64,000 nucleotides of DNA from a virus. The stretch is taken from positions 6,210-70,209 of the IMG/VR virus record IMGVR_UViG_3300044630_004815. One strand, written 5' to 3'. Made by a program: the position numbers and the translations under genes. How positions within the stretch are numbered: position 1 is the stretch's first letter; each line of letters begins with the position of its first letter. The notes beneath the pieces are model-generated. The model did not search any database. It was not told the origin of the DNA and saw only the letters and a list, made by a program, of their open reading frames with translations. Positions 19,659-30,600 of this stretch are shown in pieces.

Positions 19659-20735
19659 TCAACAATTCCAAGCTCTAAGTGATTTATTGATCCTTGAATT
19701 TGGATCATTTGCAGTTTTCTTTGAGGTTAACTTACTTTTCACGCCACTCATTCTGGCACAGAATGATGCTCTTCTTGGGTTTCCTACTTTCTTTGAAGGT
19801 GCTTTCAAATCTGATCCAGGATTCTCCCTTTCATAAGATTTTCTTCCTTTTTCATTAAGACCACCAGATTGATTCTTACCTTCCTTTCTTTGCCATGCAG
19901 CAACTTCAGTCATAAATTGATTGAAAGTTTTTTGTTCTGGAACACAATTAGGAACTACTCTTTTCCCTTTCTTTTTCATTCCAACTTGCTTATACCCAGA
20001 CCAACATGCTTCAGAAACATCTTCATCACTAGACATATATTCTGCTGCAGTATCAATAAAGTCTGCTGCTCTAGTAATCTTGGATTGCACCCAAGCAGGA
20101 AGTTGTTGATCTCCCTTTTTAACTAATTTTCTGAGCATATTGATTGATCTTTCAATTTGATCAAACTCAACTCTTGCCATATATCCTTCATCATCTTTCT
20201 TCTTTCCAGAAGCAATTTCCTTATGATCCTCATGAATTTTTGATTCATTAGCAGGATGAAGTTTTGCAATACTATATTTGTCCCACATTTGTGGTCCCCA
20301 AGAACAATCCATTCTTTTTTCATTCTTTCTACAAAGAAGGCAATACTTTGTATCTTCCTTGTACTGCTGTTCTATATCAACTTCTTCTTTATATCCTTTT
20401 GCATCAGGAACTCCTTTTGAGGGAACGCAATTCGGAACCTTTCTTCCACCCTTCTTCTTCATTCCAACTTGAGTATACCCTTTCCAACAGGGATCCTTGT
20501 CTTCTTTCATGGTAGGTTTCCTTTCTACTTTTTTTAGTTTTGTGTAATAGTCTGGAAGTTCATCTACGTGCTGAAGTGCTGTTATCTTTGCACCACTTTT
20601 ACTTGTGGTATGCTCACCCTCAACCTTAGTTCCCATTTTTACCTGATTAATAATATTATCCAGAGGAACTTTATGCTTCTTGGCAATTTCTTCTGGGGAT
20701 CTATATGGTTTTACGGGACCTTTAGGATCTTTCAT
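19659..20735 (-). CDS. Modular basic protein, probable capsid-internal polyprotein (DUF5661-like and DUF6321-like modules)
   Basis: G.KVE.EHT...ALQH.DE.PDYYTKL module; two CW.GY.QVGMKKKG...VPNCVP repeats; C-terminal AWQRKEGK..SGGLN...RRASFCARM...SLRAWNC. Confidence 0.7.
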   Translation of the reverse strand: MKDPKGPVKPYRSPEEIAKKHKVPLDNIINQVKMGTKVEGEHTTSKSGAKITALQHVDELPDYYTKLKKVERKPTMKEDKDPCWKGYTQVGMKKKGGRKVPNCVPSKGVPDAKGYKEEVDIEQQYKEDTKYCLLCRKNEKRMDCSWGPQMWDKYSIAKLHPANESKIHEDHKEIASGKKKDDEGYMARVEFDQIERSINMLRKLVKKGDQQLPAWVQSKITRAADFIDTAAEYMSSDEDVSEACWSGYKQVGMKKKGKRVVPNCVPEQKTFNQFMTEVAAWQRKEGKNQSGGLNEKGRKSYERENPGSDLKAPSKKVGNPRRASFCARMSGVKSKLTSKKTANDPNSRINKSLRAWNC

Positions 20736-20743
20736 AATAGGTA

Positions 20744-21166
20744 TTATTCTTCTATATTATTTAGAAGTCCTTGTTTTATAAGTTTTGATAACTCGGAAGT
20801 TGATCCAACAAACAATGCATTGTTCACTGTGGTAGGTCCACCCTTAGTTGGAGCATCAAGATCTTTCATCTTTTTCTGAAGATCTAATAATTTATCACTT
20901 ACATCACCAACAGATTTAATAAGTTGTCCAGCAACTTCATATGCTCTTGGATGATCTGAACTTTGAGCAACTTCTAAAATTCCATTAATTGCTTCTTGAC
21001 CTTTCTCAATTAGGTTATATAAATTTGCTCTAGTATATTCATAATCTTTTCTGGGATCATCTGGAATGTTTATAGGTTTACTTTCAACTGGTTCCGCAGA
21101 GACTAACTTAGTCTCAACATTCAATGCCTTTTCAATTCCTTCAAATTTATTTTCTTGCATTTTCAT
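20744..21166 (-). CDS. g16: Terminase small subunit gp16
   Basis: DYEYTRANLY, HPRAYEVAGQLIK and NNALFVGSTSEL motifs. Confidence 0.93.
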   Translation of the reverse strand: MKMQENKFEGIEKALNVETKLVSAEPVESKPINIPDDPRKDYEYTRANLYNLIEKGQEAINGILEVAQSSDHPRAYEVAGQLIKSVGDVSDKLLDLQKKMKDLDAPTKGGPTTVNNALFVGSTSELSKLIKQGLLNNIEE

Positions 21167-22017
21167 TCATCCACATCAATTCCTTGTGCTGTACTATAAG
21201 TTTTGAAATCTACAAAATCTTCCAGTACACCATTAAATCCAAAATCATCTCCAAATTCGATCAATGGATCATCTAGTGAATTAATCACTCCATCATCATT
21301 GTAATCCTGAAGTGCTTTAGGTGTTGAAGTATATCTAACTTCTCGTTTTGCATTGAGAATTGCATCAGTTGCATAATCAACTTGAACTTTCTTAATCAGA
21401 CCAGTTGAATCATCTGGGATTTGATTAAACACATAAGTTTTTGCTGTAAAATTTAATGTGTAATAAAGCAATCTTCTTTGCTTAAAATCTTCTTCATAAG
21501 TATCTCTGAAATTCACACGATTGAGAATAATTGGAATATCTTTTACTTCTGATATTTCTGGAATTAAGTTAACACTAACATTAAATGATGGTTGGAAAAA
21601 TGGAATGATTTGCTCAATAATTTGCAAAACATCATCTTGAATTTTTGATACTATTGTTAATTCGAATCCAATATCATAAGGAACTGGCATATAGATATTT
21701 TTAATTTCTTTACCATCTTCAACACTTGTTCCTTTAAAGGTTTGAATTGTTGATGCCTTTCTGGACGGAGCATACTCTATAGAAATCATTTCAAATGACA
21801 TTCTTGGAAGAGTAGTGGAAACTCTTCTATTTCCATCTGGAGACTGCTCTACTCTTGCTAGGAACTTTTGAATTGGTCCATATGCTAATGGAACCTTTAA
21901 AGTTGAAATTGAATTATTATTAGAATCTAAATGACGTATTGAAATATCATTAAATAGTGTTCCAAAAGCAACTACAGTTTTGTGTATGCATTTATTGTAA
22001 AAATAATTTCCAAACAT
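21163..22017 (-). CDS. g15: Tail sheath stabiliser / completion protein gp15
   Basis: AFGTLFNDI, VPLAYGP.QKFLAR, LPRMSFE and QIIEQIIPFFQP motifs. Confidence 0.95.
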   Translation of the reverse strand: MFGNYFYNKCIHKTVVAFGTLFNDISIRHLDSNNNSISTLKVPLAYGPIQKFLARVEQSPDGNRRVSTTLPRMSFEMISIEYAPSRKASTIQTFKGTSVEDGKEIKNIYMPVPYDIGFELTIVSKIQDDVLQIIEQIIPFFQPSFNVSVNLIPEISEVKDIPIILNRVNFRDTYEEDFKQRRLLYYTLNFTAKTYVFNQIPDDSTGLIKKVQVDYATDAILNAKREVRYTSTPKALQDYNDDGVINSLDDPLIEFGDDFGFNGVLEDFVDFKTYSTAQGIDVDE

Positions 22018-22050
22018 TGTAAAAAGTTCCTAGTTATACTATTTAATGGT

Positions 22051-23421
22051 TTAAAGATCTCCAAATGGATTAATCTCACTGAAATCAATAATATCATCAC
22101 CTTCCTCTTCAATTACTTTATTGTCATCGTATGATGTGGAAGATGTTGGGGTTTCATATGCCTTAATAATATATGTAGCATTAGAAGTTTCTCCAGTGAT
22201 TGTTTCTCCAACAATAAAATCTGTTCCAATTCCAGAAACTTTTAATATTTTTGTATATGGATCCCAATTTTGAACAGTTCCAGTTATATTTCCTATTGAT
22301 GAATTTACCGACTCTCCAAATATAAAGTTGCCAGATGATACAGTTGTACCAGATCCAATTGTGATTGTTGGTGGTGCAGTATATCCAATGCCAGCATTTA
22401 CAATTCTAATTCCAGATACTTCTCCAGAAGAATTTAATATCGATTCTGCAATTGCAGTAGTTCCTCCAGAAACTGGAGATGAGAACGTTACTGGTGGTGG
22501 AGAAACATACCCACTACCAGGAGAGGTAAGTGTAACTACTCCAATACTTCCATTTGTAGAAATGCCAACTGATAGTTTAATTCCATATCCACCACCACCA
22601 AAGAAAGAAATTTTTGGAGTAGTCGTATATCCAGATCCTGGATTCTGAATGTAAACCTTATGCAAACTTTGTTTTGAAAGTAATGTCCTAGAATTGGTCA
22701 TAATACCAACTACTTGACATTGAGTTCCAGAAACTGGTGGATCAACAATTATGGTAGGAGTGGAAGTGAATCCATATCCTTCATCTATAATATCAATTTT
22801 TTGAACTGCACCAGAAACAAGTGAAGTATATGCAGAAGCAGTAGACCCTATTCCTGAGAGTGTTAATGTTGCAGTATATCCAAGATCTTTAAATTGAGTA
22901 TCAATATCATTAATTCCAGTCTTAACTTCATCATCCTCAAACTCATAAACTTCACATCTCAGTTCATAAACATAAGTCTTTTGTAGTTGATAGAATGGTT
23001 TTCTATTTTCTACAAATTTAATTTCCATCAAACTATCAGACAATGGAACATAAATTAAATCACCTTCATTAGGTCTTAGGGAATTCTTAAATGTTCCTAT
23101 TGCCTTCATCAATTCTCCAATATAAAGTTCAAATCTTTCTTTTGATATAATTAGAGTCATTTCATCAGTTACTTTCACTCCAAATTTACTCATCAAAACA
23201 CTATTTGCATCAAATCCCTCATAATTCATAATATATGCTTCTATTGGGAAAGCATTTTTGAATTTGGAATAAATTACATCTCTTATTACTTTTCCTTCTG
23301 AAAATATTTGTCTTGGTAAATAATAAACTTCGGCACCATAAATCTTCAATTGTTCATTGATTAAATCTTGAACAAGACTCTGTTCTGTGTTAGATCCCTG
23401 AAGAAAAAATGAATTTAACAT
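22051..23421 (-). CDS. g14: Neck protein gp14 with inserted G.GYT..P repeats
   Basis: EQ.LVQDLINEQ, YYLPR, RPNEGDLIY.P, PFYQL and DFSE.NPFG motifs. Confidence 0.93.
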   Translation of the reverse strand: MLNSFFLQGSNTEQSLVQDLINEQLKIYGAEVYYLPRQIFSEGKVIRDVIYSKFKNAFPIEAYIMNYEGFDANSVLMSKFGVKVTDEMTLIISKERFELYIGELMKAIGTFKNSLRPNEGDLIYVPLSDSLMEIKFVENRKPFYQLQKTYVYELRCEVYEFEDDEVKTGINDIDTQFKDLGYTATLTLSGIGSTASAYTSLVSGAVQKIDIIDEGYGFTSTPTIIVDPPVSGTQCQVVGIMTNSRTLLSKQSLHKVYIQNPGSGYTTTPKISFFGGGGYGIKLSVGISTNGSIGVVTLTSPGSGYVSPPPVTFSSPVSGGTTAIAESILNSSGEVSGIRIVNAGIGYTAPPTITIGSGTTVSSGNFIFGESVNSSIGNITGTVQNWDPYTKILKVSGIGTDFIVGETITGETSNATYIIKAYETPTSSTSYDDNKVIEEEGDDIIDFSEINPFGDL

Positions 23422-23422
23422 A

Positions 23423-24253
23423 TTATCCTATTAGATCCAATGGAGGTAATTCAAATTCCAACATCATCTTATCTTTAATATCTTGAAGATCTTTTTGAGC
23501 ATCGTCATATATCTGTCTTCCATTAAGCTCAACTCCACCAGGAAGTTTAACACCCTGAAACTTAATCAAATTCTGTCCCCATTGCCTTTTAATTAGGGCA
23601 GTCAAATATAATTTTAAGAAAGAATCATTCCAAACTTTGACAAAATCGTTTGGATCTAAAGTTCTATAACATTCAATAAGAAGATAATCATCAACCTGAA
23701 GAGTATCCCAACTAGTATCTAGATATAAACGATTTTGTCTCTTATTAAATCTAATTTGCCTTTCTGGATTAATGATCCAATCAATATCTTCAAGGTATCG
23801 TTTAGTTACATAGTAATTTAATAGTTCAGTAGAACTGAACCAGTAAATATCATTCAAAAACAATTGATAGTTTACATTGAACAAGTTTGATGCAATAGTT
23901 CTATTGCTAAGTTTAAATACTCTTTCAACTCCAATTACTGAATCTGGAACTGGAATATAATTGCTATTCTCCTCCCAAGCAAAAGTTCCAATTCCAGAGG
24001 AGGCATAAGTAGTGACTATTCCAGCAGAACTTTCTCCACCTCTAGCACGACCTCTATCTTTGTCTTCCTGTGTTAATTTATATTTGAGAAACATTTTTTC
24101 AACTCCATCAAAATGTCTCTCATAAAAATATTGAAGGGCATCATCTACGAGATCATCAATTTGCTCCTCAGCAACGTTTATTTCCAAAACAGGAGCACCA
24201 AGTTTTCTTAGGCAATAATCAACTAATTGTTGTCTTGATGCTGGTTTTGCCAT
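23423..24253 (-). CDS. g13: Neck protein gp13
   Basis: YCLRKLGAPVLEINV, ERHFDG and KRQWGQNLIKF.GV.LPGGV.LNG motifs. Confidence 0.96.
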   Translation of the reverse strand: MAKPASRQQLVDYCLRKLGAPVLEINVAEEQIDDLVDDALQYFYERHFDGVEKMFLKYKLTQEDKDRGRARGGESSAGIVTTYASSGIGTFAWEENSNYIPVPDSVIGVERVFKLSNRTIASNLFNVNYQLFLNDIYWFSSTELLNYYVTKRYLEDIDWIINPERQIRFNKRQNRLYLDTSWDTLQVDDYLLIECYRTLDPNDFVKVWNDSFLKLYLTALIKRQWGQNLIKFQGVKLPGGVELNGRQIYDDAQKDLQDIKDKMMLEFELPPLDLIG

Positions 24254-24272
24254 TATTCCAATACTTTTTAAC

Positions 24273-24280
24273 TATTTAGT
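24273..24280 (-). promoter_or_regulatory. T4-type late promoter
   Basis: ACTAAATA upstream of g13. Confidence 0.6.
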
Positions 24281-24458
24281 TAGATGATAATAAATCTAAT
24301 TTTTGCATAGTTTCTTCAAGACTCAAATATAGTTTTACATAACATTTGCAAATATTTCTCATTAGATCGATATTTGTACATGTATCCAATTCTCTTGAAA
24401 TTTTTTCAAATTCAAATAATTTTGACATACTTTCAAGTTTTAATTCTTCATGATTCAT
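24276..24458 (-). CDS. Small helical protein (weak NblA-like pattern)
   Basis: 60 aa, two amphipathic helices, overlaps the upstream ORF. Confidence 0.7.
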   Translation of the reverse strand: MNHEELKLESMSKLFEFEKISRELDTCTNIDLMRNICKCYVKLYLSLEETMQKLDLLSSN

Positions 24459-24678
24459 TTACAATTCTCCCTAATAAATTTTTAATTTCTTCAATTGAGG
24501 ATTTGATATTAATGAGATCAGACTTAATAATATCAATCTCCTCAGATTTTCTTTGTCTTATTTTTCTATTCCTATCATAATTTGATGATTCTATTGAGTC
24601 TGTATTAATGATGGCATTGGTATCCAAATCTCGCATTAAATTTGGATACCCTTCCACTCTAGCATATTTCTTTTTCAT
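24448..24678 (-). CDS. Small conserved phage protein with a C-terminal coiled coil
   Basis: VEG.PNL.RD..TNAIINTD motif; ATGA overlap with the 2128-aa gene. Confidence 0.8.
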   Translation of the reverse strand: MKKKYARVEGYPNLMRDLDTNAIINTDSIESSNYDRNRKIRQRKSEEIDIIKSDLINIKSSIEEIKNLLGRIVNES

Positions 24679-27600
24679 TTAAGTGCTATTGCTCTTAGGT
24701 CTTTTATAAGTGGGGAATATGCTTGGTTTGTTGTGGTTCCAATAATCTTAATAGCAAAAGATGTAAACTGTGCAATATTATCAGTGCTGAATGAATATTC
24801 TAGATATTGACCAGATAGACTTGGGGGAACAAGAACATCCGATCTGCCATCATTGTTATCTGGATTAATAATTTCATTATTTACATCTAGATTTAAGTAT
24901 CCAGGGAACAGTTCCCAGTTTTGATCTTCATCTGGAGTATCATCTCTAAAGATTTTATAGAGTACTCTAATATCTGAATATGAAGATCTATACGCAGAAA
25001 GAAGAACTTTTAATGATGTGGCAGAATCATTTAAATCTATTCTCTTTGAAAGATAGATAAATGAATTTGGATCATTTACATTTGAATTAACTCTAGAATC
25101 TGTTTGATATGAATCTAAATTGATTGGTTGATTGATCATATAATTTTCTACAAATATATTTGTATTTTGTAGATTAATTATTGGAGAAATATTAGAATTT
25201 GAAGTGTTTAAATTTAATTCAAGAGTAAATGATTTATTGTCATTAAATTGAGCAGAAGGTAAATATTCTAATTCATTTAATCTCGAACAAACCATTCTTG
25301 GAGAATCAAATTTATTGATGCTACTAATTCCAACCGATTGATATCCATTATCTGCGAATGAAACTTCAGATCCATCTACACTAGTAGAAGAAACTGTTCT
25401 GGCAGAGGCAATAATTGATGTTGATGGATAATTGGATACAAAATCTTCATCAAATTCTAATGAACCAAATTGAATATTCTGAGACGCATATACTTCATTT
25501 CCACCACCAAATTTATCTGAAGTAAATGTTATTCCATCATCAACCTTTCTTACATAATAAGAATCAATTGTTGGATCAATAATTCCCTCAAAAGTTGTAT
25601 TAAGTTGAACTAATGAAACTCCATTAAATTCATACTTATAAACTAAAGAGTTAATTTCGTGAGTTATTGGAGTAGTGCCAAATTGTCCTCTAGAAATACC
25701 AGTTAATTGACCAGAACTAGCTGCAGTATACTTAATAATTTCATCTCCAATCTTAATGTATCCAGGACTCAATTCTTCTACTGGTGTTTGATTAAATGAT
25801 GTAAAATTGCTTGTAGATGCACTTGGAATTGAAATTGCAGAAGTTGAAGTCACACTATATTCTGCTTCAAGTTTTACAGGTAATCCATCTGGAGCAATAC
25901 CAGATAGTTCTACAAAATTATTCTCAGAATACATTCCATGATTTGGATGATAAACTCTAATATGTCTTCCATCATTATATGGAGATTCTGCTAAAGTGGA
26001 TAAAGCAGTAATTGGATTTTCTGAAAGTTTATTTTGAATGGACTTGGTTGAAACAGTTGTGTTGGATAAGAATGCAGTTCCACTTGTAGGACTAAATTGT
26101 GCTTTATTTAAAGTAAACTTCAGATCTTCTTCTGGGGTTGGGACCCAAGTAGTTCCATTTTGAGATTTAAATAAAGATCCCAACGAAGGTTGTTTATTGA
26201 TAATAACCTTCTGAACTTCTGGTAAAGATGCTGTTGAAATCTCAACTCCCCCCATTCTAGAAACCCAAACATTATAGTTGTCAGAATCTGAAATAAGCAC
26301 AACTGCATATTCTCTTCCACCCTCTAATCTTGTAAGATTATCGAATTTAAAATTTGTTGCAACAGATGCATCTGTACTGATAGAAATTTGATTTGCGTTT
26401 AAAACTTTCTTGAAATTGCCAACAATTTTATCTGGTCCACCAGGAATTCCAGATGAAACTTCTCTAATTTGTAATTCAACAGGAATAGTTTCATCTTTTG
26501 TTGCAAAGAAGATATCTACTGATGTAATAAATACACCTTCTTCTTCTGGAACATTAAAAGTTTGTGCTAAAGGATCATAATATTTAATTTTGGTAATTAC
26601 TACTTTCTTACCTTCAGAAACAAAATTAGTTTCTGCAGTGCTTGTAAATTCTCCAGGAACCCCAAGTGCTGCTGTTGTAGTTGTAACCTTGGCAGTAGTA
26701 TTGCCAGTTTCAAATTTGATATCAGTTGCCTGTGGATTGGGAATAAAGAATGCTCCAATCAATGTTCCATTGTCATCACTAATTAGTCTAATCTGAGAAA
26801 CCTTTGCTGATGCACCACTAGATGTTCCATATAATTGCATACCATTGGTTATATTTCCAAAATATTGACTTTTAGTTGGAAGTTCTAATGATTCAGTATC
26901 AACATTCAATACAGTTGATTGTGGTCCATATATCGAAGATAGTGCAGTACTTGGTTGATATGGATTAATTGAATATGTTGTTGATGGATTGTTATATGCT
27001 CCAGATTTATGATTTGGAGTACAAAGTCTAAATGAAACAGTATTTCCGTTTGAATCATAACCATTAACAAGTTCACCTACTACAAATGTTCCCACTACAT
27101 TTGTAATTTCAATTAGTTTGGGGAATGCATATGTAGACCCAGTGCTATTGTCTGATAGATTTTTTGAATCAAATATAAAATCAAACTGTGATATTGGTTT
27201 TAATCTAGTTCCGATAAATTCAACATTTCGGGATCTCATATATGGGATTGAGGATATTTTTTTGATCTTCTCAGTAGTTCCCTTCTTCTCACTATTTGCA
27301 ACATCCTTAGTCTTTTTAATTTTAATCTTCCACTTATCTTTATCTGGATTTAGATCTAAATTTCCAGACCAAGTTATAATGTTAAATGGATTAATGTTGA
27401 CAATTCTACTTGCAAATGGTTGTTTTTGATAATTGACTTCAGTATAATCTAATGTCAGTGTATTTCCAGTTACTTTTAGATTAGTAGTAGTATTTGTCTC
27501 AAGACTAAGTTGAGTTCTTTCAGTATCAGCACTTAAAGTATTATTTAAAATTTTTGCTTTAAATGAAATATTAGATTGATCTGATACATCATAAGAACTG

Positions 27601-30600
27601 AAGTTATCAACAAAGAATCCACATTTAAATCTATTAAATCCATCATTATCTTCAATAAGAAGATTTTGGGTGGAAATTTCTAGAAGTGACAATGAAGTAT
27701 AGAATTCTAAATTCTCGACTCTCTTTTCTATGTCTCTAATATTGGACATAGTGTATCTCTTATGATCTGTCAGTTCAATAACAATATCTTCAGAAACATT
27801 AAAGACATATGCAGATGCTGAAATTGTAGCAACATCTAAAACTTCTTCAGAAATCTTTGGAGCAATTGGTATTTCTGTTGGTTCTCCCAATACAATATTG
27901 AAGTTACCATCTTTATCTAATGTAAGTTTATCTGTTCTTGGTAGATAGAACTTATAATCAAATACTATTGACTCATTCGATTTTAAAATTTGAGAAGAAT
28001 TATTAGAACCTGTATTGAATACTCTGGATCCATAATCAAATGGACTCAATGTACTTACAGTATTGTAATTAGCAACTCTTGGTCTAATATCGATAGCATC
28101 TGTATTTCTTACAAAATTGAAGGTAGGAATTTTATTTCCATATAGATTTTGTGGATAACTATCAACAGAAATAATATCCCCAAAATCTGTGTCTTCAAAT
28201 TTAAAATAATCAAATACAATTTTTATTTTTTTAGATATTTCTTTAGATGCATCTTTTTTTATCAATCTACCAATATCATAAAAATGCTTTCTTTGTCCAT
28301 TATCAACGATAAATTCTGAAATAATATTATCTTCACCTGGGGTTACGATGGTTACAGTTGCTTCTGCCTCGGATTCTTTAAATGTGATTACCTCATTAGC
28401 ATTAAATGTATTTTGTGATTTGTATATAAATGAAATGCTAGAACTTGAAACTTTTTCTACACAAATCGCAACTGCTCCAGAAGTATTTCCAATAAAGACT
28501 TCCCCCAGAATAATATTTTCAGTATTTAATCCAGAAATTGTTAATTGTGGAAGTTGTGGATCTGAAGTGGTAGATGATTGGAATACTCCATGAACTTCAA
28601 AAATATCTGGATAATTTAAACTAATTTCTTGATCTTCTACTCTTGTTCCATAGATTGATGAATAAGTTAATCCAGAACCCAAAATTACTGGATTATATTT
28701 ACTTCTATTTAAAGTTACTGATGAGCAACGTTGAAGTTTTTTGTATTTTGATGAAACATTAGATTTAATTTGAGTGACGATTAATTTTGCAGAGGATGCT
28801 GATGCTACTGACAATCCTGTTAGTGATCCAGTTTTACTACCAGAATTTATAGTTACATTAGATTCGTCTAATGTAATATTATTTCCACTGTCATCAATCA
28901 AACAATATCTTTCTTCGTCAAATGCAGCATAAACAAAATCTGTATTTGATAGATTTGGAAGTGTTAATGAATTGCCAGATATAGTCAATCCTGTATAGTA
29001 TTTTTTAACAAAAACACTAGAATTTAAGAAACTTACCTCAGATATATTCGAATTTTCTAATGGTGAATATAATGAAGAATCATCATAATTTCTAATTTGA
29101 GGTCTAATTATATTGATGCTATTTAATTGACCTGTACTGCCAAGATTATTTGTGCAGACATTTGCAACTGAAGCAACTTGAGAAACTGTAATGCTAGTTT
29201 TATTAGCATTTATAGAGTCAATTTTTGCATATACTGGAAGTGATTGTCCAGAAGAAGAATATTTAACTATGTCATTTACTTTAAATCCATTAGCAAATGA
29301 TGTTCCATCTTGTCTTACAATAGTGGCAGTTCCACCACCAACAGTTATAGTTAATGGTCCATTTATTAATGTTGACTCTGTAAGTGAAGAATCTGATGTA
29401 AATGTGCCATCAGAAACTGATTTGACATCCTGAATAGAATAGTCTACTACAGTGGTAATAGTTGATGTAGTGGATATTCCAGATATAATAAGTGGTTCAT
29501 TCTGAATAAATGTTCCAGAAACTTGATATAGTGTTAAATTTTGTCCAGAATAAGTTTTTAAATATCCTGATGCATTACTATATTGTCCTCGGATATAATT
29601 TCCAGTAGAAATACCAGAGATAGAAGTATTTGAAACTAGTTTAGTATATGTTTGAATATCAAAAAGATATAAATTTGACTGACTTGATTCATTTACATAT
29701 GAAGTATTATGATATTCAAAATCATATACCCTTGCTAATCCAATAGCATCTACTGCAGTTGGTAGATTCGTATCGTCAAGTCTAGTGTTGTATAACGTAA
29801 TTGATGAATCAGTGGTAATGCCTATTTTTGGAATATTTGTTATATTATTAACTCTAAGTATATTTCCAGCATAGAAATTTGACGAAGAAGATTCTATATT
29901 TTTTGTCGTTCTTGGTTTTTCATAATCTACTAATTCTGTTGATGTTGGAACTTCATATCCTTTAATATATGCTTTTCCTGGGGATACTTTAAGGGTTGCC
30001 AAATCATCAGAAGGTGTTAATCCACTAGATGTTTTTTGATTATTTGAATATTGACCACCATTGCCTAAATTATCATTTAAAGATTCTAGAGCACTTACTT
30101 TAAATGGTTGCACATAGTAATTTCCAGATTCATCATATGTTCTTCTTGCTAAGACATCAGTGATAAATGCATATGGGTCATTATTATTAATTTTTCTAAC
30201 TACACCATTCTCAACTCTGAATAATTCAATAAAATTATCGTCATCAAAATTATCTAATTCCTTTTTAGTTAAGGCAGTTTCAATTTTTAATCTATCTGCT
30301 CCTGGTGCAGCATAGTTTGAAAATCCTTTTGCATTATCAGTAAGATCAGAATCTTCATCAGAATCTACTATAGATTCAATTACTTGAAGTCCAACTCTAT
30401 ATGATGGAGTATTTGTATAAGCATCTAAAATAATTGTATCTTTAGATATATTTACAAAATATCCTCTGATAAAATAAACACCTTCCTCAATTTTTGCTGA
30501 AGATCCAACAGAAGATGCAGTTCTATTTGTTGGAGATAATACTCGAAATACTGCAGTATCTGTTGCAAATAAAGTAGATCCTACAGTTACGTCAGATTGA

